Made by a program: the position numbers and the translations under genes
Shown here: positions 63,172 through 64,000 of the stretch, one piece after another
Numbering within the stretch: the first letter of the stretch is position 1
Layout of the letters: the number at the start of each line of letters is the position of its first letter
Assembly: GCA_964593585.1 (NCBI GenBank)
Contig: CAZQIZ010000009.1
Location: 306-64,305, forward strand
Origin: an uncultured Ignavibacteria bacterium
GTDB lineage: Bacteria > Zixibacteria > MSB-5A5 > WJJR01
Direction of reading: 5' to 3'
DNA length: 64,000 bases
The notes under the pieces: generated by a model
Databases searched by the model: none
Told to the model about the DNA's origin: nothing
What the model saw: only the letters and a program-made list of their open reading frames with translations

Positions 63172-64000
63172 ATGCACATCTCTCTCGACACGTCCACCGC
63201 CCAATTCCCCGCCGGTCTGCCGACGCAGAAACGGATCTTCCGTCTCGCGCACGGCGCGTACGCCGGACGGTTCCTCGCGCTGTTTGCGCGCACACCGTCC
63301 AATCTGGCCCTGTGCTGGTCTGATCCACCGCACACCGCCTGGACCGACCCGGTCGACTACCTCACCGAGTCGGATGACCTGCCCTTCGATGCGGTGATCG
63401 ATGATGATGGCCATGTCACCGTCGCCTACACACAATCCGGAATTGCCGCGCTGCGTGTGGTCCGTCTCGCGCATCTGAATGGCGCCTGGGCGCCGCAGAC
63501 CCCGATCACAGTCTATGATTCGGCGTCGTCGGCCAATCGTCAGCCGTCCATCACACTCGATGCCTACAATCGTCTTTGGATCGCCTGGGCGCGCGATGAT
63601 GCCGGCGCCATCTCGCTGCGGGTGAAATCCTCAAGCGATGACGGCGCCACATGGGGCGCGGGCGCGGCCGATCCGGGAACCGATCTGTCCGGCACAGTCA
63701 ACGCCGTCTTCCCGCGTCTTGTGCCGCGCCCGACTCATCTGCATTGCCTCTACACGGTGAACGGAACCGAGGCGCGTCATCGCCGCATCGCGCTCGATGC
63801 CACACTCTGGGATCCGGCCGATCTGCTCTACACCGGTTCCGGTCTCGGCGCCGACATCACCGGCGCGGTCGCCGCCGATGGACGGCTCGGCGCGCTCTTT
63901 GCCGCTGAGGGGCAATTTTTTCTGAAGGAGTACGATGGTGCAAGCTGGGGCGCCCTGCAGACCGTCGCCGCGCAACCTGCCGTCGCGCCGATCCTTCGCT
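63172..64000 (+). CDS. Hypothetical protein with Asp-box (BNR)-like motif, 5-prime partial in this window (continues beyond the window end)
   Basis: Stop-free frame from ATG 63172 to the window end with GC3-rich codon usage. SSSDDGATWG matches S-x-D-x-G-x-T-W. No RBS evident. Confidence 0.5.
   Translation, partial: MHISLDTSTAQFPAGLPTQKRIFRLAHGAYAGRFLALFARTPSNLALCWSDPPHTAWTDPVDYLTESDDLPFDAVIDDDGHVTVAYTQSGIAALRVVRLAHLNGAWAPQTPITVYDSASSANRQPSITLDAYNRLWIAWARDDAGAISLRVKSSSDDGATWGAGAADPGTDLSGTVNAVFPRLVPRPTHLHCLYTVNGTEARHRRIALDATLWDPADLLYTGSGLGADITGAVAADGRLGALFAAEGQFFLKEYDGASWGALQTVAAQPAVAPILR

Noticed and set aside
1-64000. CRISPR arrays
   Set aside because: All direct repeats found are either two-copy tandem units (45967-46150, 62886-63044) or modular palindromic elements with irregular spacing; none has the regular repeat-spacer periodicity of CRISPR.

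Overview
High-GC (about 65-68%) bacterial chromosomal segment, probably from an uncultivated lineage. No rRNA, tRNA or CRISPR array was found. Coordinates come from hand counting and may be off by a few bases. The first ~36 kb is an accessory cell-surface locus, shown schematically below. It has two parts. (1) Six secreted proteins with unrelated passenger regions all end in the same ~85-aa Cys-containing C-terminal module with two dockerin-like D-x-N-x-D-G Ca-binding loops. The passengers are a 1099-aa Cys/Thr heptad-repeat protein, a BNR propeller, an FG-GAP propeller, a 5-heme cytochrome c, a 7-bladed propeller and a small frameshifted protein. (2) A head-to-tail array of seven paralogous fibre-like genes at 19.2-35.7 kb. 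Each has a near-identical signal peptide plus ~125-aa N-terminal domain, a hypervariable central region of 14-15-residue Gly/Asn/Ala repeats, and in six of seven a phage-endosialidase-type self-cleaving C-terminal chaperone domain (Peptidase S74-like, S-D-x-R-L-K-x-N-I). Blocks of 270-370 bp are 95-100% identical between paralogs, consistent with gene conversion. The remaining 28 kb is mostly housekeeping: an M16 peptidase; an M14 carboxypeptidase interrupted by an in-frame TAA; an Eis-like GNAT acetyltransferase; a Liv-type ABC substrate-binding protein; an HI0933-like flavoprotein; PEGA/TPR proteins; an SF2 helicase; a DUF559 endonuclease; an OmpA-family protein; RecN; a fatty-acid desaturase; and a DEAD-box helicase. 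It also holds an isolated HK97-type phage head module (prohead protease, decoration protein, major capsid) with no terminase or portal in the window. Several families of nested palindromic intergenic repeats and two small tandem repeat arrays are scattered through this part. Many long stop-free ORFs run antisense to real genes; these were treated as GC-driven shadows.

SCHEMATIC (0-36 kb; not to scale; > is + strand, < is - strand):
[1 Cys/Thr heptad-repeat protein + CTD >] [2 LOG >] [3 frameshifted CTD protein >, flanked by ~100-bp direct repeats] [4 BNR propeller + CTD >] [5 small hypothetical >] [6 membrane protein <] [7 FG-GAP + CTD >] [8 multiheme cytochrome c + CTD >] [9 7-bladed propeller + CTD >] [10 lipoprotein <] [fibre paralogs A B C D E F G >, 19.2-35.7 kb]
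CTD = shared ~85-aa dockerin-like Cys-containing C-terminal module.
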